Shown piece after piece: positions 37,529 through 47,772 of a stretch of 64,000 bases of DNA. Source of the DNA: Candidatus Caldarchaeales archaeon (GTDB taxonomy: Archaea > Thermoproteota > Nitrososphaeria_A > Caldarchaeales > Calditenuaceae); assembly GCA_039630085.1 (NCBI GenBank), contig JBCNVM010000004.1, positions 55,466 through 119,465 of the forward strand, given 5' to 3'. Every line of letters starts with the position of its first letter. The first letter of the stretch is position 1. A program made the position numbers and the translations under genes. The notes beneath the pieces were generated by a model. The model was not told the origin of the DNA, searched no databases, and saw only the letters and a program-made list of their open reading frames with translations.

Positions 37529-38911
37529 TTACAGGTTCAGCGGTATCAGGAGAACTCCAATAGACACGAGAACTATGTAGAACAGGAACATCACGAACGC
37601 GTAGCCGGCTATCTCCCTGAACTCCACAGCTGCGATCGTCATCAACGGAATCGCCCAGAAGGGCTGAATGATGTCGGTCATCATGTCACCCCATGCGTAA
37701 GCTATGGTGATAGTGGCATAACTGACGCCAAGACGGTTGGCTGCCTCGAGAAGGTAAGGAGCAACGATTATCCACTCCGAACCTCCAGAGGGCACGAAGT
37801 AATTGATTACCCCTGCGTACCAATACGCGAAAAGCGGATAAGTCTGTGGCGTCGAGACGGCCACGAACCAGTCGGCGAAGACCTTCGAGAGGGCCGAGAA
37901 CTGGAATATCCCCAGTATTCCACCGTAAAACGGGAACTGTAATATGATTCCCCACGTAGCCTTGATCGCGTCTCTAGTGGCCTCGAGGAACCTCCTGGGA
38001 TACCAGTGTAGCAGAGCGCCGGTGGCCATGAACGCGAAGTTCACCACCTCGAGGGTTAGGGTCCGCTGGGTGACCAACCACCAGCCGACCCATGTGTAAG
38101 CGAAGGCAGCCGCCATAACTGTCCAGATCGGAGTCCAGTCCATCTTGATGGCGAAGGGTTGCGGCTGACTGGGTTTTGGAGGTGGAATCCACCTCTTGAG
38201 AGCCTCCAATCTCTCCGGCGACACGGCCTTCACCTTATCGGGACGCGGGTGGAGCGCTACGGCTATGAGCGACATAACGACGATCGTCACGATCAGCATG
38301 GTGATGTTCCAAGAGGAGAACAACGTCCTGTCGGTGGTGATGACCCCCATCGGCTTCGCTGCGGGGACCTTCTCGAAGAGGTGACCGGGGGTAGCGACAA
38401 GCAGCGGTGCCGACGCTGAGAACCCGCCGTGCCACACGAAGCCGAGGCCCGAGTAGGCCGTGATCACCATCAACGGATAGTGCACCTTGGGCTGATTCCT
38501 CGCGAGATAAACGACGAGCATCGCGCTCCCGATCAGGCTGAACCCCCAATGTAGCCAACCTGTGATCATCGAGAAGAGCGCGATCAACAGGATGGTCTGC
38601 CAAGGCTTATCGACGTTAGGCAGTCGTCCCAATCTCTCGAGGAGCCTCGTGACTGGCGGCGAGACTGCGATCACGTACCCCGTCCACATGATCCAGACCA
38701 TGTGCATCGCGAAGCTCAGAATGCCCGCGGAGAAGAAGCCCCTCCCGAAGTTGAGGGCCGAAGTGAACGGATCGACGTTCCCCCAGATCAGGCTCATGAC
38801 ATAGGAGATCAGTACCAAGATGAGTGCGATGATCCACGCATCGGGTATGTTCCTTTCGGTCCATGAGCTGATGCGATAACCTGTTTCCTTGAGTGGATCC
38901 AGCGCGCCCAC
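37529..38911 (-). CDS. atoE: Short-chain fatty acid transporter (AtoE family)
   Basis: WHGGFSASAPL, QFPFY.GI, NYFVPSGG.EW, AWGD, QPFWA. Confidence 0.9.
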   Translation of the reverse strand: MGALDPLKETGYRISSWTERNIPDAWIIALILVLISYVMSLIWGNVDPFTSALNFGRGFFSAGILSFAMHMVWIMWTGYVIAVSPPVTRLLERLGRLPNVDKPWQTILLIALFSMITGWLHWGFSLIGSAMLVVYLARNQPKVHYPLMVITAYSGLGFVWHGGFSASAPLLVATPGHLFEKVPAAKPMGVITTDRTLFSSWNITMLIVTIVVMSLIAVALHPRPDKVKAVSPERLEALKRWIPPPKPSQPQPFAIKMDWTPIWTVMAAAFAYTWVGWWLVTQRTLTLEVVNFAFMATGALLHWYPRRFLEATRDAIKATWGIILQFPFYGGILGIFQFSALSKVFADWFVAVSTPQTYPLFAYWYAGVINYFVPSGGSEWIIVAPYLLEAANRLGVSYATITIAYAWGDMMTDIIQPFWAIPLMTIAAVEFREIAGYAFVMFLFYIVLVSIGVLLIPLNL

Positions 38912-39057
38912 GTATACCGTATTACGCGGTTCGTTTATAAACGTTGTAGTACATTCGCCTTCAACTATCGGCTTACGAAATCAGGATGTCGGGCAGAGAG
39001 GGCAGGCCTCGCGTCTTTCGTTCTCAATTTAATAATTACTTCATCCACTGTTACACC

Positions 39058-39396
39058 GTGAGCGCCCCGCTCGACTCCCTTCGCGAACTCGTGTCGAGGG
39101 TCTCCGCCAACCCGAGCCTACTGGCTAGCCTCGCGAAGGCTGAGAAGGTCTTCCAGTTCAAGCCGACGGACGGTGGCCCGTTCTACCTCCACATCAAGCC
39201 GGGATCGCTCGAGGCCGCAGCGGGAGAGGGCCCGAACCCCGTCGCGACCATCATAGCCTCTTCGCAGGACCTCGCCGATGTCTTCGCCGGGAAGGCGGAC
39301 CCGTTCAAGCTCTTCTTCGCGGGCAAGCTCAGAGTCCAGGGGAACGTCCTCGAGGCTCAGGAGCTCGCGAGGCTGCTGGGCAGCGCCCGCGGATAG
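39058..39396 (+). CDS. SCP2 sterol/lipid-binding domain protein
   Basis: GKADPFKLFFAGKLRVQGN. Confidence 0.88.
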   Translation: MSAPLDSLRELVSRVSANPSLLASLAKAEKVFQFKPTDGGPFYLHIKPGSLEAAAGEGPNPVATIIASSQDLADVFAGKADPFKLFFAGKLRVQGNVLEAQELARLLGSARG

Positions 39397-39461
39397 CGGT
39401 TCACGGCGTTAACCGGTAATCGTCGCTCGAATTTTTCCTAAACAGTTATTAGATAAAGAAA

Positions 39462-40061
39462 TTGAAGCGTGTCGTGCCAGCTCTATCCGAGGCCAAGACG
39501 CTCGGTGGCGTCGGCGCGATACTTGTTCTCTTGGGCCTCGTTCCCTCGGTCGGGTTCGTGCTGGCGATCGCTGGGTGGGTCTTGATACTGGTCGCGGTCG
39601 ACAAGATCTCCAAGGCAGTGAATGACAGGACCATTTTCAACAACGTCTTGACAGCTGTGTTGCTGGCAATCGTCGGGTCGATCGTGGCGGGCGTGGCGCT
39701 CGGCCTCGGGGCGTTCTTCGCGATCTTCGGGGCCGGACCCGGGCCAGGCGCGCCCACGGATCCTTTCGCGTTCTTCTCACAGCTGCTCTGGCTGTTCGTC
39801 GTGGGACTCGTCGTGTTCTGGATCGTCATGATCTTCTCGGCGAGGTACCTGAGGCGCGGCTACGATGCGATCAACTCCAAGCTCAACGTCCCGATGTTCA
39901 GCACCGTGGGAAAGCTGTACTTCTATGGCGCGCTCCTCAGCATAATTCTAGTGGGATTCATTCTGATACTAATTGCTGAGATCCTGCAGATAATCGCTTA
40001 TTTCTCGATACCCGAGTCGCCTCCGCAGCCCCCTCAGCCGACAGCGACGACGCCCCTCTGA
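39462..40061 (+). CDS. DUF996 membrane protein
   Basis: AKTLGGVGAIL; F...G.LY..GA.L.IILVG...AYFSIP. Confidence 0.85.
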   Translation: MKRVVPALSEAKTLGGVGAILVLLGLVPSVGFVLAIAGWVLILVAVDKISKAVNDRTIFNNVLTAVLLAIVGSIVAGVALGLGAFFAIFGAGPGPGAPTDPFAFFSQLLWLFVVGLVVFWIVMIFSARYLRRGYDAINSKLNVPMFSTVGKLYFYGALLSIILVGFILILIAEILQIIAYFSIPESPPQPPQPTATTPL

Positions 40062-40106
40062 AGCGCGAGATACCCCTTATTTCTGAGGCTGCGTCTCTCG
40101 TGACCG

Positions 40107-42647
40107 ATGATGAAGCGCGCCCTCAGAGACTTACTGGTCGCAGGTGTCTCCGCGACGGTCGCCGCCCTCCTAATCCTAGCCTCGGGACCCCTCGCGATCT
40201 TACACCCGATCAAGGGGGTCTGGACCGAGGCCGAGAGGGTGAGGGTCGCGGACGCGAGCATGAGGCTCCCCGGCCTGAAGACGAGGGTGACGGTCGTTTA
40301 CGACGGAAGGCTCGTCCCGCACATCTACGCCGCCGACGAGCTCGACGCCTTCAGGGCCCTCGGGTACGTCCACGCTAGGGACAGGCTCTGGCAGATGGAC
40401 GTGCAGAGGCGGTTGGCCTCGGGTAGGCTCTCCGAGGTGGTCGGGGAGGCTGCATTGAGGACCGACACGCTGATGAGGCTCATCGGTCTCCACAGGTCCG
40501 CGAGGGCGACCGCGGAGTGGCTGAGGACGAACCATCCTGAGGTCCACTCGGCCCTAGTCGCCTACTCGGAGGGCGTGAACGCCGCGATCGATGAGATGAA
40601 GGCTTCGGGGCGGCTGCCCCTGATGTTCAAGCTCCTCAACTACGAGCCCGAGCCTTGGAGGCCGGAGGACTCCCTCGTCTGGGCGAGGTTCATGGCGTGG
40701 ACCCTCACGGGATTCTGGTATCCCCTCCTCCTCACGGCCCTCGCGGTCAAGCTGGGGCCCTCCGATGTGATGAAGCTCTATCCCGTCAGGCACTACTATG
40801 CCGAGAACGCCACCGTCGTCCCCGGAGACGGCTCGATCGCGGGGCTTAGGCTCGGTGCGGACCCGGACGTCCTTGAGAGGCTCAACTGGTTCGACGAGTG
40901 GGCGACCGGCATAGACTTCACGGACAGGGAGCTCGCGCGCAGGCTCATTGAGTTCGTCAACGCGGTCTCGGGCATCACGGGCTTCGGGAGTCTCGACATC
41001 GGGAGCAACAACTGGGTCGTCTCGCCGAGGCTCTCCGCGACGGGCGGGCCGATGCTCGCCGATGACCCCCACCTCTCCCTGAACCTCCCCTCGGTCTGGT
41101 ACGAGGTTCACTTGGTGGCCGGAGAGCTGAACGCGAGGGGCGTCACGCTGCCGGGAATTCCCTTCGTGATCATCGGGTTCAACGAACACGTCGCATGGGG
41201 CCTCACCAACTCGCAGATCGGGGTCACCGACTTCTACCTCGAGAAGGTCAGGGGCAGCCAGTACTTCTTCAGGGGCGAGTGGAGGGAGATGAAGAGACTC
41301 GAGGAGCCGATCAGGGTCAGGGGTGGAGGAGTGAGGGTCGTCACGGTCAACCTCACGGTCCACGGTCCGGTCTTCCACCACGACGGAGTCTACGTCTCGA
41401 TGAAGTGGACTGCGATATCCGGGTTCAACGACGACGGGTCAGGCGTTACGCGGGAGTCGGTCGCGGCCTACAGGGTGATGAGGGCTAGGTCCCTTGCCGA
41501 GGTCGTCGAAGCCCTGAGGTACTGGGACGTGCCGTCGCAGAACTGGGCGGTGATCGACAGGCACGGGAACTACGGCATCGTCGTCCCCGGGCTCTTCCCG
41601 TACAGGACCGTGAGGCTTCCGGGCGGCGAGCTGGTCAAGGTGATAGGGTCCAGGTCGGTCCTCAACGGGACCGGTGCGCACGAGTGGGAGGGCTTCGTGC
41701 CCTACGAGCAGGTCCCCGTGACAGTAAACCCCGCGAGGGGTTACGCGGCCGCGCCGAACCAGCAGACCGCGGGGAGGCTCTATCCGTACTACGTCCTTGC
41801 AGGGTGGTACGACCCGGGCGCGAGGGCCCAGAGGATACACGCCCTTCTAGCCTCGAAAGGTTCCCACACGATCGAGGACTTCATGGCCTACCAGAACGAC
41901 TTCTACCTCTGGTTCGCGGCCTCGACGGTCCCGAAGTTGCTCGAGCTCGCGGCAGGCTTCGAGGGGCTCACGGACCTCGAGAGGCGCGCGCTGGAGGAGC
42001 TCCGACGCTGGGACTACAGGATGAGGAGGGACTCGGTCGCACCGGCGGTCTGGTGGGCCTGGTTCTCGGCGCTCTACGAGGAGTCCTTCGCCGCGAGGTT
42101 CAGGGAGCTGGGGCTCTCGAGGAGCTACCTGCCCCTGGAGTCGACGATGGTCTGGCTGATCCACAACGAGCCCCGCAGCGAGTGGTTCGGGGGAGACATT
42201 CGGAGGGCCGCGAGGTCCGCGCTCTCGAAGGCGGTCGAGTGGTTGAGGACGAACCTCGGGCCGGACCCAGGGGGATGGACGTGGGGGAGGATTCACAGGC
42301 TCCGAATAGGGCACCTGAGCACGTTGGACGCGCTTTCGATCGGGCCCCTACCCCACGACGGTGCGTCTGGGACGCTGATGAACGCCGGGTTCCCGTACGA
42401 CCTCCGCGCCCTCGAGAGGAGGGTTTACGTCACCACGGGGCCGAGCTGGAAGATGATCGTGACCTTCGTGGACGGCAGGCCGGTCGCCTACGGAGTCTAC
42501 CCGGGAGGCCAGAGCGAGAGCCCGGTCTCGGACTTCTACTCCGACTCGTTCGACGAGTGGTACGGATACAGGTATCACGCGCTGGAGGTCCCGAGGAGGC
42601 CTGAGGAGGTCAGAGAAAGGTTGATGGTCCTCACGCTCAACGGGTGA
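40107..42647 (+). CDS. Penicillin acylase family Ntn-hydrolase, membrane-anchored
   Basis: HARDRLWQMD, GSNNW nucleophile motif, DPHL, PGGQSE. Confidence 0.93.
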   Translation: MMKRALRDLLVAGVSATVAALLILASGPLAILHPIKGVWTEAERVRVADASMRLPGLKTRVTVVYDGRLVPHIYAADELDAFRALGYVHARDRLWQMDVQRRLASGRLSEVVGEAALRTDTLMRLIGLHRSARATAEWLRTNHPEVHSALVAYSEGVNAAIDEMKASGRLPLMFKLLNYEPEPWRPEDSLVWARFMAWTLTGFWYPLLLTALAVKLGPSDVMKLYPVRHYYAENATVVPGDGSIAGLRLGADPDVLERLNWFDEWATGIDFTDRELARRLIEFVNAVSGITGFGSLDIGSNNWVVSPRLSATGGPMLADDPHLSLNLPSVWYEVHLVAGELNARGVTLPGIPFVIIGFNEHVAWGLTNSQIGVTDFYLEKVRGSQYFFRGEWREMKRLEEPIRVRGGGVRVVTVNLTVHGPVFHHDGVYVSMKWTAISGFNDDGSGVTRESVAAYRVMRARSLAEVVEALRYWDVPSQNWAVIDRHGNYGIVVPGLFPYRTVRLPGGELVKVIGSRSVLNGTGAHEWEGFVPYEQVPVTVNPARGYAAAPNQQTAGRLYPYYVLAGWYDPGARAQRIHALLASKGSHTIEDFMAYQNDFYLWFAASTVPKLLELAAGFEGLTDLERRALEELRRWDYRMRRDSVAPAVWWAWFSALYEESFAARFRELGLSRSYLPLESTMVWLIHNEPRSEWFGGDIRRAARSALSKAVEWLRTNLGPDPGGWTWGRIHRLRIGHLSTLDALSIGPLPHDGASGTLMNAGFPYDLRALERRVYVTTGPSWKMIVTFVDGRPVAYGVYPGGQSESPVSDFYSDSFDEWYGYRYHALEVPRRPEEVRERLMVLTLNG

Positions 42648-43024
42648 CCGTGATGAGGGCGAGGAGCCTCCTCCCACTGGTCGGTGTGCCGGTCGGCGCC
42701 GCGGCCCTTGTCGTCCTGCCGTCCGGCCACTGGTCGATCGCGGCCCTGATGACCGGAATGATCGGCGGGTTGCTGCTCGAGAGGAGGGCCCACGCGGTCC
42801 CCTTCGCGGCCGTCGGGGCTTTGCCGTACGTGGTCGCGCTCCTCTTCGCCCTCTCGCACCCGAAGTCCTTCAGGCTCGCCGAGCTGCTCTCCGCGATCGT
42901 GGGGTTGCCGGCGGTCGTCCTCGTGCTGCTCCCCGCGGTCATCTACTTCGCTGTGACGGCCGCGGCCGCGATCTCGGTTAGCACCGCGTTGAAGCTGATC
43001 ATCCGGAGGTCGAGGAGCGCGTGA
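42644..43024 (+). CDS. Membrane protein
   Basis: Hydrophobic; coupled between the acylase and the AKR. Confidence 0.7.
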   Translation: MTVMRARSLLPLVGVPVGAAALVVLPSGHWSIAALMTGMIGGLLLERRAHAVPFAAVGALPYVVALLFALSHPKSFRLAELLSAIVGLPAVVLVLLPAVIYFAVTAAAAISVSTALKLIIRRSRSA

Positions 43025-44001
43025 GGTACACGACGCTCGGGAGGACCTCGGAGAGGGTCTCGGTGATCGCGGTGGGGACCTGGCAGATCGGGAGCAGGGA
43101 GTGGGGCTGGGGGAGGGGTTACGGAGAGGAGGAGGTCGTCCGGGCCATACAGAGGTCCGTGGAGCTCGGGGTCAACCTGATCGACACCGCTGAGATCTAC
43201 GGAGGCGGAAGGTCGGAGGAGGTCGTTGGCAGGGCGATCAGAGGGATGAGGGACTCGGTCCTGATCGCGACGAAGGTCTGGCCGACCCACGCCACCTATG
43301 ACGGGACGATCAGGGCCTGCGAGCGGAGCCTGAGGAGGCTCGGAGTGGACGTCATCGACCTCTATCAGGTCCACTGGCCGAACCCGCTCATTCCGATATC
43401 GTCGACGATGAGGGCGATGGACAAACTACTGAAGGAGGGGAAGATCAGGTACGTCGGCGTCAGCAACTTCCCGCCCCGCCTGCTCGCGAAGGCCCAGGAG
43501 CACCTGAAGTCCGCGGAGATCGTTTCGAACCAAGTGAAGTACAACCTGTTGGAGAGGGACGCGGCGGAGAGCAACTTCAGGGCCTTCGGCGTCAGGGTGA
43601 CGGTCCTAGCCTACAGCCCCTTGGCACAGGGCCTCTTGACGGGGAAGTACTCGGTAGGCAAAAGGCCGAACGACTTCGCGAGGAGCATCAACAGACTCTT
43701 CGACACGACAAACCTCCGCAGGGTTGAGCCGTTGCTTGAGAGGATGCGGGAGCTGGCGAGGAAGCACGGGTGCGAGGTCTCTCAGGTCGCGCTGAGGGCG
43801 CTCGTGGAGAGGGAGAAGGTCGTCGCGATCGCAGGCGTGAAGACTCCGGCGCAGGCCGAGCTCAACGCGCTCTCCGCCGACGTCCCCCTCACTCCGGAAG
43901 AGGTGGAGGAGCTCTTCGCGGTCGCGAGGGGAATCAGGCTCGAGGGGTTCGTCTCGATCGTAAGGACACCGCTGAGGATGATCTCCGCACTGACCTCCTG
44001 A
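43021..44001 (+). CDS. Aldo/keto reductase
   Basis: IDTAEIYG.G.SE, ATK, DLYQVHWP, GVSNF, YSPLAQG. Confidence 0.93.
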   Translation: MRYTTLGRTSERVSVIAVGTWQIGSREWGWGRGYGEEEVVRAIQRSVELGVNLIDTAEIYGGGRSEEVVGRAIRGMRDSVLIATKVWPTHATYDGTIRACERSLRRLGVDVIDLYQVHWPNPLIPISSTMRAMDKLLKEGKIRYVGVSNFPPRLLAKAQEHLKSAEIVSNQVKYNLLERDAAESNFRAFGVRVTVLAYSPLAQGLLTGKYSVGKRPNDFARSINRLFDTTNLRRVEPLLERMRELARKHGCEVSQVALRALVEREKVVAIAGVKTPAQAELNALSADVPLTPEEVEELFAVARGIRLEGFVSIVRTPLRMISALTS

Positions 44002-44016
44002 GGGAGAAGAAGGCGA

Positions 44017-44436
44017 TCACTCGGTCTCGCTGGCCTCCAGCTCCAGCTCCTCGATGTACCTGGTGTACTCGTCGGGCTGCATCAGGTCCTCCAGCTCCGT
44101 CGCGTCGGAGACTTCTATCCTGCAGATCCACCCGTCCTCGTAGGGGTATTCGTTGATCAGCTCAGGGCTGTCGATGAGCCTCGCGTTCACCTCGACGATC
44201 TTCCCGCTGACCGGCGCCCTCACCTCGTGGCTCCCGCCGACCGACTCGATGGTCGCGAGGTGCTGGCCCCTGGTGAGCTTGGTGTTGATGTTCGGGAGCT
44301 CGACGTAGAGTATCTCCCGCAGCTTCCTCTGGACGTAGTCAGTTACCCCGATCACCGCGTGTCTGCCCTTGTGCCTGACCCACTCGTGGTTCCTCGAGTA
44401 GCTCAGGCCCTCTGGAACCTCGTAGGCGGTCGACAT
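44017..44436 (-). CDS. GcvH-like protein lacking the lipoyl lysine
   Basis: HEWV, IGVTDY, YVELP, IESVGG (canonical ESVK), APVSG, PELIN..PY..GW. Confidence 0.85.
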   Translation of the reverse strand: MSTAYEVPEGLSYSRNHEWVRHKGRHAVIGVTDYVQRKLREILYVELPNINTKLTRGQHLATIESVGGSHEVRAPVSGKIVEVNARLIDSPELINEYPYEDGWICRIEVSDATELEDLMQPDEYTRYIEELELEASETE

Positions 44437-44546
44437 GTGCCTCTATCGTGCGGTTCGGGGGGCGTTAATAGTTTTGTGGTCTCCGGAGCGGCTGATGGTG
44501 GTGCGGTGTTCCCTTAATTAGAGAGCGGCCGAACCGACGGCACGGG

Positions 44547-45101
44547 TTGGCGATCCCGAAGAGGGGGCTGCTGGTCGGGAGGTTCCAGCCGTTTCACATC
44601 GGCCACCTCAAGGCCGCGGAGCAGGTCCTCTCCGAGAACGACGAGCTCGTCGTCGCCATAGGGAGCTCCCAGTACAGCCACACTCCCGACAACCCCTTCA
44701 CCGCGGGCGAGAGGATCGAGATGATCCGCATAGGCCTGGGGAGCGCGGGACACGACCTCTCGAGGGTGATCGCGGTCCCCGTGCCGGACATCGGCGAGCA
44801 CCACCTCTGGATCAGCAGGGTCGTAGCGACAGTCCCGAAGTTCGAGGCGCTCTACACCAACAACCCCTTCGTCAAGCTGCTGGCGGAGGCCGCGGGGATC
44901 AAGGTGAGGGAGCCTCGGCTCTTCGAGAGGGAGAGGTTCAACGGGACCGAGATCAGGAAGCTGATGGTCGAGGGAGGGCCCTGGGAGGACTACGTCCAGC
45001 CGGAAGTCGCGGATTACATCAGGAGCATCGGCGGCGTCGAGAGGCTCAGGGTGATCTTCTCTCAGGTCAGGACTTCAGTTCCGCGGGGGACCGGGACTTG
45101 A
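44547..45101 (+). CDS. nadM: Nicotinamide-nucleotide adenylyltransferase
   Basis: GRFQPFHIGH, SHT.DNPFTAGER, GTEIR. Confidence 0.93.
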   Translation: MAIPKRGLLVGRFQPFHIGHLKAAEQVLSENDELVVAIGSSQYSHTPDNPFTAGERIEMIRIGLGSAGHDLSRVIAVPVPDIGEHHLWISRVVATVPKFEALYTNNPFVKLLAEAAGIKVREPRLFERERFNGTEIRKLMVEGGPWEDYVQPEVADYIRSIGGVERLRVIFSQVRTSVPRGTGT

Positions 45102-45502
45102 GGGACGTCGTCCACGTCGTCGTCGAGGGCTTCAGGGGGTTAGAGGTCCCCCTCGCGGCGAGGCTCACCGAGCGCTTGGTCGAGTGGGGCGCGATCGCGG
45201 TCCCCAAGGAGGGCTCGATCGCGATAGACCTCTCGGTCAGCTGGTCGAGGCCGAGCGGGGCCGCCCTCCTCGGCGTTCTGCGGGAGGCCCTCACGGAGCT
45301 CGGCGTCTCGGAGCACTGCAGGGCGGAGGCCGACGGCGAGAGGCTCAGGGTGGTCGTGCTCGACCCGGAGGAGGTCAGGATCGCATTGGGTGCGGGAGGA
45401 TCGGCTCATTCCGGGCTACACGTCTGCCCTCACTGCGGCTACGCCACGCCATACGAGGAGCTGATGAGGGAGCACGTGAAGCTGCACTACGTCGGGCTCT
45501 GA
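45098..45502 (+). CDS. Hypothetical protein with C-terminal C2H2 zinc finger
   Basis: CPHCGY.......EH.KLHY. Confidence 0.75.
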   Translation: MRDVVHVVVEGFRGLEVPLAARLTERLVEWGAIAVPKEGSIAIDLSVSWSRPSGAALLGVLREALTELGVSEHCRAEADGERLRVVVLDPEEVRIALGAGGSAHSGLHVCPHCGYATPYEELMREHVKLHYVGL

Positions 45503-45503
45503 A

Positions 45504-45887
45504 TCACTTCCTCGACCTGAGCGAGAGTATCGCCTTAGCCAGATCCCCTCCTGACTCGATCAGGGCCCTCCTCGCCTCGTCCTCGGAGACTCCCGCCTGA
45601 GCGGCGACAAGGGCCACGTCCTCCTCGCTCACCTCCGGGGCGCTCGCGACCGGGGCCTGAACCTCCTCCGGCGTTGCGGACTCCTCGACAGCCCTCCCGC
45701 CTACCAACTGGTAGACCTTCCCCATGGGGCCCTCTAGCTCGACGACGGTGGCGCCCTCGAGCCTTATCCGCCTGTCCGCCAGCTCGATCAGGACCCTCGC
45801 CTCTCCTAGCTCGTTCATCGATATCCCCGACGAGGATAGCAGCCTCTCCTGCATCCTCCTCAGCGTCCTCGGCGAGACCCTCTTCAT
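45504..45887 (-). CDS. nac: Nascent polypeptide-associated complex protein
   Basis: YQLVG; UBA-like EEDVALVAAQAGVS...A..AL....GDLA.AI. Confidence 0.9.
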   Translation of the reverse strand: MKRVSPRTLRRMQERLLSSSGISMNELGEARVLIELADRRIRLEGATVVELEGPMGKVYQLVGGRAVEESATPEEVQAPVASAPEVSEEDVALVAAQAGVSEDEARRALIESGGDLAKAILSLRSRK

Positions 45888-45976
45888 CCCGTGAGTTCCG
45901 GCTGCGGACCGGTAAAAAGGTCTGCCGCGCTTAGTCCCGAGGAGGTCGGTCGAGCACCGGAAGGATCGAGCACGCG

Positions 45977-47758
45977 ATGGCAAATAAGGCGGGGTCTGCC
46001 GTTCTCGGACGGATGGAGCGCGATTTCGTCGAGCACCCGATGGTGAGGGAGAGGGCCCTTCTGAGGCGAGAGTATCAGGTCAGGATCGCGGAGGCCGCGC
46101 TGAGGGGCAACACGCTTGTCGTCCTTCCGACCGCGCTCGGGAAGACCGTGATCGCGGAGCTCGTGGTGGCGGAGGTCCTCCACAGGTATCCCGGGAGCAG
46201 GGCCCTCCTCATGGCCCCGACCAAGCCCCTCGTCCTCCAGCACGCCTCCAGCCTTCTCGCTCACCTGAGGCTCGACTGGAGGGAGGTCGCCGCGCTGACA
46301 GGTGACGTCCCCGACAGGGAGCGCTACTGGCTCGACCCGAGGGTGAGGGTGATCCTCGCGACTCCCCAGACGGTGTGGAACGACCTCTCAAGGGGACTCG
46401 TGAACCTCGAGGAGTTCGCGGTCGTCGTGATGGACGAGTGCCACAGGTCGAGGGAGCGGTACGCGTACACCCGGATCGCGAACGAGTACGTCAAGGTATG
46501 TCCCTGGCCCCTGATACTCGCGCTGACTGCCTCCCCGGGCTCGGACCCCGAGAGGGTGAAGGAGCTGGTCAGGAACCTCTGGATAGAGAGGTTCGAATGG
46601 AGGACCGAGGAGGACGAGGACGTGAGGCCTTACATTCCCGGCGTCGACGTCAGCTGGGTTTCCGTCTCTCTCCCCGAGCAGTACGAGAGGGTCAGGTCGA
46701 AGATCAGGGAGATGATCGAGTCCAGGCTCGAAAGGCTCCGGTCGACCGGCATCGTCGCCTTGGAGGGCGTCGAGTTCAACCGGAGATCGCTGCTCGCGGT
46801 GATGGAGCGGCTGAAGGCGGAGCTCAGATCAGGTGCGAGGGGTCTAATCGCCCACGCGCTCGTCGTCCTCTCCGAGGTCCTCAGCCTCTTCTACGCCTTG
46901 GAGCTCGTGGAGAGCCAGCACGCCTCCCTTCTCCTCGGGCACTTGGAAGAGGCGAGGAGGTCGAAGCGCAGGAGCCACAGGACTCTATCCTCGAGCCCCG
47001 ACTTCCGCGAGCTGGTCGAACTCGCGAGGAGCTGCGACGCCGAGCACCCGAAGGTGGAGGCCCTGCTCGATGTCCTTGGCGAGCACCTCTCCTCCAACCC
47101 AAGCGACAGGGTCCTCGTCTTCGCGAACCTCAGGTCGACGGCCGAGCTCCTCGTCGAGAGGGTCAGGTCCAAGGGGTTCAGCGTACACCTCTTTGTGGGG
47201 AAGGCCGAGGGCAAGTCGGGTCCGAGGATGAGACAGGAGGAGCAGGTAAGGATCCTGAGGGAGTTCAGGGCCGGGAGGTTCAACGTCCTCGTCGCGACCT
47301 CGATCGGCGAGGAGGGCCTCGACGTGCCCGAGTGCGGCCTCGTCGTCTTCTACGAGCCGACCGTATCTGGAATTAGGTACATCCAGAGGAGGGGGAGGAC
47401 CGGCAGGAGGTTCCCCGGCAAGGTTGTTATTTTGGTGACGAAGGGGACGATAGACGAGTATTACTTCAGGGAGGGATACAGGAGGGCCCGGCGGGTCGAG
47501 AGGGTCCTGAGGCTCGTCTCGAGGGACATGCCCGGCGTTTTGGTACCGCGGAGGGGGCCCGAGCCCGCTTCAGGACAGCCTTGGCCGTGGACCGATGTCA
47601 GCAGGTTACGTGGCGGTGAAGCAGCTTCAACGGATGAGCGTAAACTGAGACTTCGTACTTTTACAGTCGATCCTAGAGATATAATAAAACACTCCTTAAC
47701 GTCTTTTAGAGATGCATTCGTTAAACCCGATCGAAGTAGTCCTAATTTGACGATCTGA
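45977..47758 (+). CDS. Hef/FANCM-like DEAH helicase without recognisable ERCC4 nuclease domain
   Basis: REYQ, PTALGKT, DECH, TASP, HPK, TSIGEEGLD, QRRGRTGR; start may be 46013. Confidence 0.88.
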   Translation: MANKAGSAVLGRMERDFVEHPMVRERALLRREYQVRIAEAALRGNTLVVLPTALGKTVIAELVVAEVLHRYPGSRALLMAPTKPLVLQHASSLLAHLRLDWREVAALTGDVPDRERYWLDPRVRVILATPQTVWNDLSRGLVNLEEFAVVVMDECHRSRERYAYTRIANEYVKVCPWPLILALTASPGSDPERVKELVRNLWIERFEWRTEEDEDVRPYIPGVDVSWVSVSLPEQYERVRSKIREMIESRLERLRSTGIVALEGVEFNRRSLLAVMERLKAELRSGARGLIAHALVVLSEVLSLFYALELVESQHASLLLGHLEEARRSKRRSHRTLSSSPDFRELVELARSCDAEHPKVEALLDVLGEHLSSNPSDRVLVFANLRSTAELLVERVRSKGFSVHLFVGKAEGKSGPRMRQEEQVRILREFRAGRFNVLVATSIGEEGLDVPECGLVVFYEPTVSGIRYIQRRGRTGRRFPGKVVILVTKGTIDEYYFREGYRRARRVERVLRLVSRDMPGVLVPRRGPEPASGQPWPWTDVSRLRGGEAASTDERKLRLRTFTVDPRDIIKHSLTSFRDAFVKPDRSSPNLTI

Positions 47759-47772
47759 CCACTGATTGAGGG

